64,000 nucleotides of DNA, taken from a virus (taxonomy: Duplodnaviria; Caudoviricetes). This document shows positions 55,394-63,672 of this stretch, piece by piece. The notes under the pieces were generated by a model. That model ran no database searches. It was given only the letters and a program-made list of their open reading frames with translations, and was not told where the DNA came from. Position 1 is the first letter of the stretch; every line of letters begins with the position of its first letter. Both the position numbers and the translations under genes were made by a program. The stretch lies in IMG/VR virus record IMGVR_UViG_3300022305_000561. One strand, 5' to 3'.

Positions 55394-55399
55394 AATATC

Positions 55400-55711
55400 C
55401 TACTTGCTTGTTGCCACAAATGTTCCATTCCAGTCTCTGGGCAGTTTCTTACTAAGTTCATAATCAGCAATTCGTTGTATCATCATATCATAATAGTAAT
55501 CTAACTCACCATCAAACGAACCTTTCAATGCTTCACATTCTAACGCAGCAGTTGTCCATTCTTGTCGGTTGTAATGCCATAACATCTTATCGTGTATATT
55601 ATCTCGCATCTCTTTAGCCAGAACCAAATTCTTAGGTTCTAATACTGTATAGATGTCTACACCTTCAGTTTTTCCTTTTACGGAAATCGTATCTAACTTT
55701 ATTTCAAACAT
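55400..55711 (-). CDS. C-terminal fragment of the adenylate cyclase (KGK hairpin and TPR-like tail)
   Basis: LDTISVKGKTEGVDIYTV, Y..QEW..A, LP.DWNGTF.ATSK; same frame as ORF 55850-57601; own GAGG RBS. Confidence 0.85.
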   Translation of the reverse strand: MFEIKLDTISVKGKTEGVDIYTVLEPKNLVLAKEMRDNIHDKMLWHYNRQEWTTAALECEALKGSFDGELDYYYDMMIQRIADYELSKKLPRDWNGTFVATSK

Positions 55712-55854
55712 TGATTACCTCTTAGGTGTTGACCAAAGGCATTTATTGATATACCCTACGACAACATATACAATAAATAAATAGTCAAGCTGATACTCCG
55801 TTATAGTTTTAGAATAGGTGGGATGTAGGAATCCGCGACCTATAACTATTTATA
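55712..55854 (-). mobile_element. ORF-less endonuclease-leader cassette (copy 3) interrupting the cyclase gene
   Basis: TATAAATA-GTT-ATAGGT CGC GGAT TCCTAC ATCC C ACCTAT-TCTAAAACTATAACGGAGTATCAGC-TTG ACTATTTAT, nearly identical to 41617-41694. Confidence 0.8.
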
Positions 55855-57601
55855 TAAATTCAGATCTCAACTTATCTATTGTATTTTTACTTAATATTAA
55901 TGATACACCATAATTTTTTGTTTGTCCCTCAAGTCTAGCAGCAAGATTAACTTCATCGCCTAGTATATCATAACTGAACCTATCTTTAGACCCCATATTA
56001 CCAACAAATACCGTTCCTGTACTGAGACCTGCTCCAACTTGTAAAGGTGGTTTACCTTCAGCAACCAATTCAATATTCAATTCTGCTAATGCAACTTCCA
56101 TTTCTTTTGCTGCCTTTAATGATTTAGTTGCCTGATTATCTACATCCAATGGGGCACCCCACCAAGCCATTATTGCATCGCCTATCAGCTTACCCACAGT
56201 ACCATCATTATTCATTATTATTGGAAGCATCCTATCCATATATCTTGTAATAAGATTCGTCAATCCTTGAGGGTCAGTTTTATAATGTTCTGAAATAGTT
56301 GTAAATGACCTGATATCTGAAAAGTATATCGTCAGTTCTTTAGAATCTCCACCTAACTTCAACAGTTCTGGATTCTTCTGTAACTTTTCTACATAGTCAG
56401 GACTTAAGTATGTTCCAAACTGTTTCTTTATCTGGAGTTTTGCTTTAAGTTCTGTTAGGAATAAGGTGGCATATGTGTGTCCAAATACCGTTCCCACAGC
56501 GAGAATAGGTATTGTGATATCAAGAAGATAGTGGAAAGTATTAAATATACTGCTAGAGATAGGATAAAAAGAAAGTAAAATGCCACCGATAATAAAGATT
56601 CCATACTTGACCCTTGCTATTAAGATTGATAAAATGCTAAGTATGACCATAGCAAGTATTTCTGCACCAGTACTCCAATCAGGTCTTGATATATTAGTAC
56701 CTGTTGTTAATGTATTTAGAACGGATGCTTGAAGATGATGTGGAAAGACAGAGCCGTTAGCAGTGGCGACTGGGTTGTTGAGTCCTCTTGCAGATAATCC
56801 AACAATGACGATACTGGAGTTAAAGGACTCTGGAAGGTGGCTTGCTGAATATTCTGTAAATGTTGCTGGCTTAACCCATATCCTACCGATACTGTCTGTT
56901 TGAATCTTTCCGAACTTTGGGATTCTGACGGCTTCAATAGAATCATCATTGACTTTGACTTGAAAGGAAGGGTCTCCTGAAGCGACCCGCAATGTTTCAA
57001 GACTGATACTGGGGTACAATAGTCCGTTGGAATTGACCACCATTGGGATTCTTCGGGTAACGCCATCAATTTCTGGGAGTGTATTAACAACACCAACACC
57101 AGCAGCAGTATCATTAAACTCTTGTATGTTTGGCTGAATGTTACCATATTTCACTCCGATAGATTTAGCATCACCACCAATAACGGATACGCCTGGACGA
57201 AATGCTGCATACTTATCTGAAAAATATGAATCGTCTATTGCTGTTTGTGGTAGAACTACTGGATATTCTTTTAATGTGTTAGTAAAATTATTGTCGTATC
57301 CTGCTCTATCCACATCTAGAAGAAAAATATTAAAAACAACCAAGCCAGCGTTGAGATCATAAAGGTTTTTAATAAGAGCTGAATATTCGTTGCGAGGAAA
57401 AGGAAATTGACCTTTTTGAGAAATTGTTTCATCATCTATGTTCACCAATACTATGTCTGAATGTTGTATATCTTGTGTAAGAAGAGTATCAAAATATCTT
57501 AATCTGATACTCTCTACAAAAGTTGGGTCTAATACCCTTATCCCTACAATAAGTGATAATGTAATTAATGCACACCAGCGGGATAAGAGTATTTTTTTCA
57601 T
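55850..57601 (-). CDS. CHASE2-domain class III adenylate cyclase, N-terminal part
   Basis: TM, IVLVNIDD..GQFPFPR, DGVTRRIP (CHASE2), three TMs, FSDIRSFT, KLIGDAIMA.WGAP, GNMGS..YDILGDEVNLAARLE. Confidence 0.93.
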   Translation of the reverse strand: MKKILLSRWCALITLSLIVGIRVLDPTFVESIRLRYFDTLLTQDIQHSDIVLVNIDDETISQKGQFPFPRNEYSALIKNLYDLNAGLVVFNIFLLDVDRAGYDNNFTNTLKEYPVVLPQTAIDDSYFSDKYAAFRPGVSVIGGDAKSIGVKYGNIQPNIQEFNDTAAGVGVVNTLPEIDGVTRRIPMVVNSNGLLYPSISLETLRVASGDPSFQVKVNDDSIEAVRIPKFGKIQTDSIGRIWVKPATFTEYSASHLPESFNSSIVIVGLSARGLNNPVATANGSVFPHHLQASVLNTLTTGTNISRPDWSTGAEILAMVILSILSILIARVKYGIFIIGGILLSFYPISSSIFNTFHYLLDITIPILAVGTVFGHTYATLFLTELKAKLQIKKQFGTYLSPDYVEKLQKNPELLKLGGDSKELTIYFSDIRSFTTISEHYKTDPQGLTNLITRYMDRMLPIIMNNDGTVGKLIGDAIMAWWGAPLDVDNQATKSLKAAKEMEVALAELNIELVAEGKPPLQVGAGLSTGTVFVGNMGSKDRFSYDILGDEVNLAARLEGQTKNYGVSLILSKNTIDKLRSEFI

Positions 57602-57603
57602 AT

Positions 57604-58380
57604 TTAGAACAAGTCCGAAAAGAAGTTTCCAATTGAATCTAGCCAGTCATCGTCTTTCTCAACCGCCTGTTCATCTGGAATTGCTACTTCTTCAACAACA
57701 ATAGCAGCAATAGCAGCAGCTACGACTGGTGCAACAACAACAACAACTGGTACAGGTTTGGAGAATACATCTTCATCAATAAGACCTAAAGCAATATCAT
57801 AATGATGTTGTCTATCTTTCAAACCAACAGTACCACCATTGATTTTCTTTGTTAATGTAGTAAAGTCACTTGAATCGGCATATTGATTCAGTTTAGTATT
57901 CTTCCAGAAGAATGCACCAGATACTACAGCACCTTCCAAGGTTTCACAGAATGCAACAGTTTCATCTAATGATTTACCAATTGCTTTTGCTAATGCTTGA
58001 TAGTTACATTTACCCGTGGTTTGAATACAACCACGACCACGGAATTTGAACCCATCACCAGATGCTTCAGAACCATTACCCATTCTATCACAGTAGACTT
58101 TATTTGCAATCTTTTCTGGGTTTCTGTTATATGGTGCAGCCATCGCAGCAGAGGTGAACCTTTTTGGCCACACTGAGCAAAGACCAGCAGCAGAATAGTT
58201 CAAGTTCTCTTTCAATGCAGTAAACTGAGCAGACTCGTGGCTAGTTTGAGCTAAGAATGCTGCAACCCTTTTACGAGTGTTGATTTCATATTCTGGTAAT
58301 ACTTTGTTTAGAACTTCAAGTAACACTTCAGGTTGTTTGTTGTTTGGACAAATCTTCTTCAGTTGTTCAAGGGTTAGCAT
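57604..58380 (-). CDS. GH19 (chitinase-like) endolysin
   Basis: AAFLAQTSHES, ENLNYS, IANKVY..RMGNG..GDGFKFRGRG.IQTTGK.NY, TKKINGG. Confidence 0.92.
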   Translation of the reverse strand: MLTLEQLKKICPNNKQPEVLLEVLNKVLPEYEINTRKRVAAFLAQTSHESAQFTALKENLNYSAAGLCSVWPKRFTSAAMAAPYNRNPEKIANKVYCDRMGNGSEASGDGFKFRGRGCIQTTGKCNYQALAKAIGKSLDETVAFCETLEGAVVSGAFFWKNTKLNQYADSSDFTTLTKKINGGTVGLKDRQHHYDIALGLIDEDVFSKPVPVVVVVAPVVAAAIAAIVVEEVAIPDEQAVEKDDDWLDSIGNFFSDLF

Positions 58381-58519
58381 TGTTTCTCCTATTTAATAGA
58401 TTGTGTTTTCTTGTGTTTTAAGGACTTCTTTAGTGCTTTCAACCAGAGTATCTTTTCAGCAGCGTCTTGGTCAACAGCCTCTATATCAATTTTAAAAGTT
58501 ATAACACCAATATATTTAT

Positions 58520-58807
58520 TCATATTCCCCACCTAATAAAGCCTATCATCAAAAATACAATTACTAGGCTATAAATGATTATGGCAAAATTGTTAAAATA
58601 ACCTTTAACTTCTAACTCTTGTGCTATTTGATCCACCACCTTAATTTCAGCAAAAGCCGATATGTGTATCATTGCATCGCCTAAATAGCACACGCTGTAT
58701 GCACCATCTATTTGGAATGAGCCTTGATGGTCTAATAAAAAGACCGTGCCAGAGTCATCGTCTGTCAGTGTAAATCGTTTGTTATTGCCTAGTTCATAAA
58801 GTCTCAT
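58520..58807 (-). CDS. hypothetical protein with C-terminal TM
   Basis: MRLYEL..F..IDGAYS.C pattern and a hydrophobic C-terminus. Confidence 0.55.
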   Translation of the reverse strand: MRLYELGNNKRFTLTDDDSGTVFLLDHQGSFQIDGAYSVCYLGDAMIHISAFAEIKVVDQIAQELEVKGYFNNFAIIIYSLVIVFLMIGFIRWGI

Positions 58808-59223
58808 TTCTTTTTTGCTCCATAGTGGTTTTCTGCAAGTGCAACGCCAGCCCAGTAACTTTCGGCATTAGTCGCATCTTTGTCGGCTCGAAAGCCTTGT
58901 GATATTTCTTTCCCCGTCATCAGCTCACGGGTTGGTGGCGCTCCTTTGTCAGACATCATATCAAAGATGTTGCCCATAGCATCCCCTACCATAATGTGTA
59001 GATATTCATTCCATGTGTCTTTACTTTTAACCGCAGCAGCGACTTTACTAAGTGTTGTTGTTGCTTCTTTTAAAAATTCCCTATCCAATTCAGTTAGATA
59101 AGGTTCTTGCTCAGGTTGGTCTAGTGCAGTTTGGATATCCCAATATAAGCTATAGTGGGTTTGTTTCGATACTCTTAGTGCGTCCCGTACTCTTTTAAGC
59201 AACTCTCTTTCTTTACTCATCAT
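58804..59223 (-). CDS. hypothetical protein, MS(I/K)ER(D/E)LL family
   Basis: MSKERELLKR..ALDQPEQEP..AENHYG. Confidence 0.65.
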   Translation of the reverse strand: MMSKERELLKRVRDALRVSKQTHYSLYWDIQTALDQPEQEPYLTELDREFLKEATTTLSKVAAAVKSKDTWNEYLHIMVGDAMGNIFDMMSDKGAPPTRELMTGKEISQGFRADKDATNAESYWAGVALAENHYGAKKK

Positions 59224-59503
59224 TCGCCTCTCTTGCTATAAGCATTGCGTCTGCTAACTCATAAGATTCATCTGCTATAGCTTTGTGACTATCACCGCCC
59301 GCATAATATCCAGACAAATAACCCTGCATAGCCAAACCTGCAAAGTGGTCGCGTAAAGTTATATGTCTATCTTTAAAAGCTTTGCCGTCATGATACCCAT
59401 CATTATAAATCTCAGATACAAATAGCTGTAAGTTGTTATTAGTTAAACTTGTTATGCCGTACTTTGTAGCTAAAAAGTCTACTTTTTTATTCATCACGCC
59501 CAC
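59213..59503 (-). CDS. hypothetical phage protein
   Basis: TLRDHFAGLAMQG..A..SYELADAML.AR motif common in phages. Confidence 0.65.
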   Translation of the reverse strand: MGVMNKKVDFLATKYGITSLTNNNLQLFVSEIYNDGYHDGKAFKDRHITLRDHFAGLAMQGYLSGYYAGGDSHKAIADESYELADAMLIAREANDE

Positions 59504-59635
59504 CTAGCCCAAAATTGGTTTGAATTAATCGCTACTCGTTGTTTGTTGTGACATATCCGTAGTTTCTAACAAAATCATCATATCCTTTATTAGCTTTCTT
59601 TCCTTACTCATTTTCACACTTCCCAATTACTTAAT

Positions 59636-59672
59636 TTATAAGTTATTATACTACATATTCTGATAAAGTAAA
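59636..59672 (-). promoter_or_regulatory. early promoter cassette
   Basis: TTTACT-16 nt-TATAAT-AACTTATAA. Confidence 0.65.
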
Positions 59673-59679
59673 GATATAT

Positions 59680-60300
59680 TTAATCCCATAACCCCTGATA
59701 ATAAGTCCCCATCAACCTAAACCCATTTGACATTCTTTTTTGATGTTTGGCCATCCCATCCCAGTCATATTCTCTAGTATGGTTTGGACCATTTATCATT
59801 TCTGAATTGCCATTATCTAGTTTTTTCCACTGAATGTCTGCCATGCCTGTCTTATATTGTTCGTCCCACTCAATTGAATACTGAGTGAATGCCCAAATCA
59901 TTTCATCTAATGCCCAATCCCATCTTAATTGCCAATTAGCATCGGTATCCCATTCATTTTCTTTTTCTGGCGCGGAGGTTGATCTCAGCCCTTCGGGTAC
60001 ATCTATATCATCAACGCCTGGAGCACCGTGCTTCTGTTCTTTCAGTTTGATTAACATTGGTAGGATTATCATGCCCAAAGTATGATCCATTGACCACACA
60101 TCAAAGTTATCAATCTTCACATACTCAATTCGTGGATGTATTTTATCTAGAAATCCCGCGAGGTGTTGACACAATGATGTCAACCATTTGGGAGGTTCCG
60201 TATCATATATTTCATCCTCGGTCTTCCAGAACAAAACTTTTTTCATTATGGTGAACCCGCTTAACCAATGGTTGCGATAGTTACTTATATATACTTTCAT
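59680..60300 (-). CDS. conserved T4-like hypothetical protein
   Basis: KIDNFDVWSMDHTL..IILPML..LK..KHGAP, RWDWALDEMIWAF, GF.L.G.YY..LWD. Confidence 0.75.
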   Translation of the reverse strand: MKVYISNYRNHWLSGFTIMKKVLFWKTEDEIYDTEPPKWLTSLCQHLAGFLDKIHPRIEYVKIDNFDVWSMDHTLGMIILPMLIKLKEQKHGAPGVDDIDVPEGLRSTSAPEKENEWDTDANWQLRWDWALDEMIWAFTQYSIEWDEQYKTGMADIQWKKLDNGNSEMINGPNHTREYDWDGMAKHQKRMSNGFRLMGTYYQGLWD

Positions 60301-60896
60301 TATGAAACTCCTTTGTTGAAATCAATTGCCATTTGTTTAGCATCTGCTAATGTTTCTGCCGTCCATTCCCCTCTGCCATATTTCTCTGGATAAGGAGTGA
60401 AATTATTGTGAGTATAATCTCTATCAGCACCGATAAATGTGGTTTTTGTAACTAACATAAATCCAAGTTGATCGTCCTGAATATAATCATCCTGCCTGGA
60501 AAGCAATACAGTAGTGCAGGTGATATCAGGCGATTCACATTCCCGCCAAATATCATCATCAACATCATAGAAATTCAAAGTATATTGAACCAAGTCTTCT
60601 TTATTAAAAGGAGAATAAGCACAATCGCCTTTACTTACTTTAGAACCAACACCAAATCCATAGATTGCTCTATGGCTTCAGCTATACCACTTCTGTTCTG
60701 ATGGACTGAATCCAGTTCCGTGTCGCAATTCCTCAAGGATTCCTCTCTCGACTAAATGGGCAACATCATCTTCCAAGCCGACTCTGGTGATATAACTGTC
60801 ATCAAACTTTGAATAGTAAATTAATCCATCATCTTCTGGTATTGTAGATGGTCCACTATATGCTACCAATTCTAAATATTCTTCATTTGTCATCAT
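60300..60896 (-). pseudogene. hypothetical gene interrupted by one in-frame TGA at 60678-60680
   Basis: ORFs 60678-60896 and 60300-60593 share a frame: GFSPSEQKWYS*SHRAIYGFGVG continues open. Confidence 0.7.
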
Positions 60897-61186
60897 TCAC
60901 CCCTTCTATCATCAATGGGTATGCAATAAGTCTTCTAATTATAAGATTGATTGGTGCTAGTTCTCTTCCTTTATATTTCATCAGTTGTCCCCAAAATGTT
61001 CGTTTACTTTCTTTACGGCATTATCAGCGCACTCCCAATCACTATGAAACGACACTTCATCTCTAACAATACTCATCAGATCTCAAGGTGGTGAATGCAT
61101 TCCTGTATTGAGGGTAGAACATTTCTTTTGCCACTGGGTTGCCGCTACATTGAACCTCAAAAGTCATGTAGGATATAACTCTATAC

Positions 61187-61456
61187 TCATCCATCACACA
61201 AGGCTCTCATTGGGATTGCAACATAGATATTACCATTAGCGTTGACAGAGAAGGCAACATTCTTCTCAACGATATCACCAGATTCTCTGAATATAATTCT
61301 TGCTCCAACATAAGAGTTACCATTCTTTCTTAAGACTGAGCTAGTAACAATCGCACTGATATAGTTACCTTCTTCAACCATTTCAACTAAAGCATCCGAT
61401 ACTAAATCAGTTGCTTTTTGTAGTATATTTCCACGACTTAGGTTATTAATATTCAT
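61187..61456 (-). CDS. hypothetical protein
   Basis: ORF overlapping the end of the upstream gene; likely start MNINNLS. Confidence 0.5.
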   Translation of the reverse strand: MNINNLSRGNILQKATDLVSDALVEMVEEGNYISAIVTSSVLRKNGNSYVGARIIFRESGDIVEKNVAFSVNANGNIYVAIPMRALCDG

Positions 61457-61754
61457 CGTCACTACCATCAACCTTCGTTACAAAGGTATCAAACTTCTTT
61501 TCATCTGTCCAAGTGTGGCAATACTCATTATCTTCATCACACAACATAATCATTTCATGTTTAGTGATGATTCTGGACGATACAATAGTCTCGCCCAATG
61601 ATAGCTGAGAAAACTCCCTAGCTTCGTCCATCACAACAGTATCATCAGCCCAACCCATTTTGCCAACTGGCACTTCAACAACATATCGAGTGCGATATTG
61701 TTGGATTGCTTCTACCAATACTAGTTGGGTTTGTTCTGTCATTTCAGCACTCAT
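61446..61754 (-). CDS. conserved phage hypothetical protein
   Basis: VLVEAIQQYRTRYVVEVP..WADDTV..EFSQLSLGETIVS. Confidence 0.65.
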   Translation of the reverse strand: MSAEMTEQTQLVLVEAIQQYRTRYVVEVPVGKMGWADDTVVMDEAREFSQLSLGETIVSSRIITKHEMIMLCDEDNEYCHTWTDEKKFDTFVTKVDGSDDEY

Positions 61755-61848
61755 ACACTCACCTTCCCAAAAAATGAAACGACCAACATCACCTCAATTG
61801 CAATCACAACGACGAATCCTGTGACATAAAATATACCTTCTAGCATTT

Positions 61849-62331
61849 TCATTTTGTTACCAATACGTTAATAGTGTTTAGAAAAATAGCAAGTCCTGCT
61901 GGGACATCGCTGGTAGTTTTGTTTGCAATCTTCTGAGCTGTAAGGATTGCATCTTTATACCTAGGTAGGTACAAGCACATAGAGATGTTATGGTTTGCGT
62001 TGTAATACGTCACACAGAAGTTTCTATATTGTTCAACCTCAGGGAATACTGTTTGAACTTCAAAATGTAGGCGATGCAACTTATCTTCAATCGCTTTGGA
62101 TGCTTCAACGAAACAGTTTTGTTGGAAGATGATATGCTCAATCTCAAGTGCTTCGATGAATACTTCTCCGTGGTTGAGGTTACGATATCCCCAAGCCTTT
62201 GCCATCTTGTGTTTGATGAAATACGATTTGACTTGATTGATGATTGATACGGAGGCTACCACCTCTTTCTTGGATGTTCTTGATACTGGTCTACGGTTTG
62301 ATACTTCTGAAGCTATTGTACTCATAATCAA
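61849..62331 (-). CDS. hypothetical protein
   Basis: 160-aa ORF coupled to the upstream gene. Confidence 0.55.
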   Translation of the reverse strand: MIMSTIASEVSNRRPVSRTSKKEVVASVSIINQVKSYFIKHKMAKAWGYRNLNHGEVFIEALEIEHIIFQQNCFVEASKAIEDKLHRLHFEVQTVFPEVEQYRNFCVTYYNANHNISMCLYLPRYKDAILTAQKIANKTTSDVPAGLAIFLNTINVLVTK

Positions 62332-62672
62332 TTCTCAAATTTTTTGTTTTCAGTATTAATGGTGTCCCAGAAATATTCATTATCTCTTGGGCAGTATTTT
62401 TCGACCAATGCAAGTTGCTCTGGCGTTGTTGGTAATTCAGTTCCATCTGATAATTGTAAAGTGGCTTTAAGAACTGAGATGTCTCCAATCTCAGCCCATT
62501 CTGCTGGTTGAGTCCAAGTCTGTTCAACGTACTTGCCGTACACATAAAACTCTACTTCCCAGTAGATTGAATCTAATGAACCTTCTTCAAGATTCAATAA
62601 AGTTTCTAGGACTGAGTATTGTTCATCTTTGATAGATGGGTTGATAATGCCGTAATATTTCACTTGACTCAT
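62328..62672 (-). CDS. acidic hypothetical early protein
   Basis: First ORF behind a promoter cassette, GAGAGA RBS. Confidence 0.6.
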   Translation of the reverse strand: MSQVKYYGIINPSIKDEQYSVLETLLNLEEGSLDSIYWEVEFYVYGKYVEQTWTQPAEWAEIGDISVLKATLQLSDGTELPTTPEQLALVEKYCPRDNEYFWDTINTENKKFEN

Positions 62673-62691
62673 TTTATATTCTCTCTTGTTT

Positions 62692-62735
62692 TTTAAAGTA
62701 TGAGTTATTATATAACGGATAGGGGCAGAAGTAAA
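62692..62735 (-). promoter_or_regulatory. early promoter cassette
   Basis: TTTACT-17 nt-TATAAT-AACTCATACTTTAAA. Confidence 0.8.
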
Positions 62736-62738
62736 GCA

Positions 62739-62996
62739 TTAATCAAAATAAAAAGTTTCTACAGTGAAACCACTTTGATCATTCATCCAACCACCATTAG
62801 GCTGTAATTCGCTGATAGTATATTCATCACCTGCCAGAACTTCCATACGGTAAATATCATCCGCATCACCGCCTATTTCTACGATAAGTTGATAATCGTT
62901 TTCTAAAAATGCAGAATACCTAAATCGGTATTTGTAATAAGAACTGAACGTGACTGTTACATCACCATATTTTTCAATAAATTCATCGTATGTCAT
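62739..62996 (-). CDS. conserved phage hypothetical protein
   Basis: EF.EKYGDV.V.FSSYYKY.F..GG.ADDIYR.EV. Confidence 0.65.
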   Translation of the reverse strand: MTYDEFIEKYGDVTVTFSSYYKYRFRYSAFLENDYQLIVEIGGDADDIYRMEVLAGDEYTISELQPNGGWMNDQSGFTVETFYFD

Positions 62997-63014
62997 TTTC
63001 GTTAACCCTCTTTA

Positions 63015-63058
63015 TTTAAAGTATGAGTTATTATATAATGAATATGGTCAAAAGGAAA
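63015..63058 (-). promoter_or_regulatory. early promoter cassette
   Basis: TTTCCT-17 nt-TATAAT-AACTCATACTTTAAA. Confidence 0.75.
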
Positions 63059-63061
63059 GCT

Positions 63062-63223
63062 TTATTTTTTGATTATAGTAAATGAACCATCTTCATTGGC
63101 TGCCCATTTTACAGTATCGCCATCATACCACCCTAGAGATTCAACAAGCTCCTCTGGCAATCTAATCATCAAATCGTTATCTGGACCAAACTCATAGACT
63201 TCTGATGTGTATGTCTTATCCAT
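63062..63223 (-). CDS. AbrB/MazE/SpoVT-like small DNA-binding protein (53 aa)
   Basis: Manual translation ..DLMIRLPEELVESLGWYDGDTVKW..DGSFTIIKK. Confidence 0.7.
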   Translation of the reverse strand: MDKTYTSEVYEFGPDNDLMIRLPEELVESLGWYDGDTVKWAANEDGSFTIIKK

Positions 63224-63500
63224 TTAGCTTCTCCAAATCCTCTTTTAATCGTTTATGGAAAGATTCCTCGCCATCGTCTCCAGCAAGCAACCAATCGATC
63301 CGCTGAGCATATACCAAGGCTTGCTGCAAGTGCCATACTGCAAGCTTGAACTCTTGGATGGTTTCTTCCTTGTAACCTGCCCCTTTCTTCTGTTCCCACT
63401 CATCAAGTTCTTCTGAATCGTTGTAGTATATGACGTCTACGATATCGTCTGCTATCTGATCCAGTTGATATTGCATATAATTAAATGTTCCACCCGAAAT
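63216..63500 (-). CDS. hypothetical protein (SGG-F-Y family); annotated ATG at 63476, homologous start position is ATT at 63500
   Basis: (I)SGGTFNYMQY..RIDWLLAGDDGEESF. Confidence 0.6.
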   Translation of the reverse strand: MSGGTFNYMQYQLDQIADDIVDVIYYNDSEELDEWEQKKGAGYKEETIQEFKLAVWHLQQALVYAQRIDWLLAGDDGEESFHKRLKEDLEKLNG

Positions 63501-63672
63501 AATACACCCCCACTTGGTTAAAATAAACTACAGTTTATTGGACAGTTTACTCACCATTCCAAAATGATTTAACAAATTCCATAGATAGCAGATACCATCC
63601 TCTGAATAGCCAACCTACACTTACTAATGTTATTACCATCACCACTAACATTACAATCTCTGATATGGTCAT

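Noticed and set aside
55712-55852. Group I/II intron or intein in the cyclase gene
   Set aside because: Only 141 nt, with no recognisable P7 or domain V core. It contains in-frame stops, so it is not an intein. It is explained by the endonuclease-leader cassette.
60678-60680. Genome-wide stop-codon reassignment (TGA or TAG)
   Set aside because: Core genes are full length in the standard code and many end at TGA or TAG with coupled downstream starts. Only one such interruption was seen.
60890-61190. Intact genes in this interval
   Set aside because: Only short fragments in alternating frames were found. They are probably decayed small genes, but boundaries cannot be supported without homologues.
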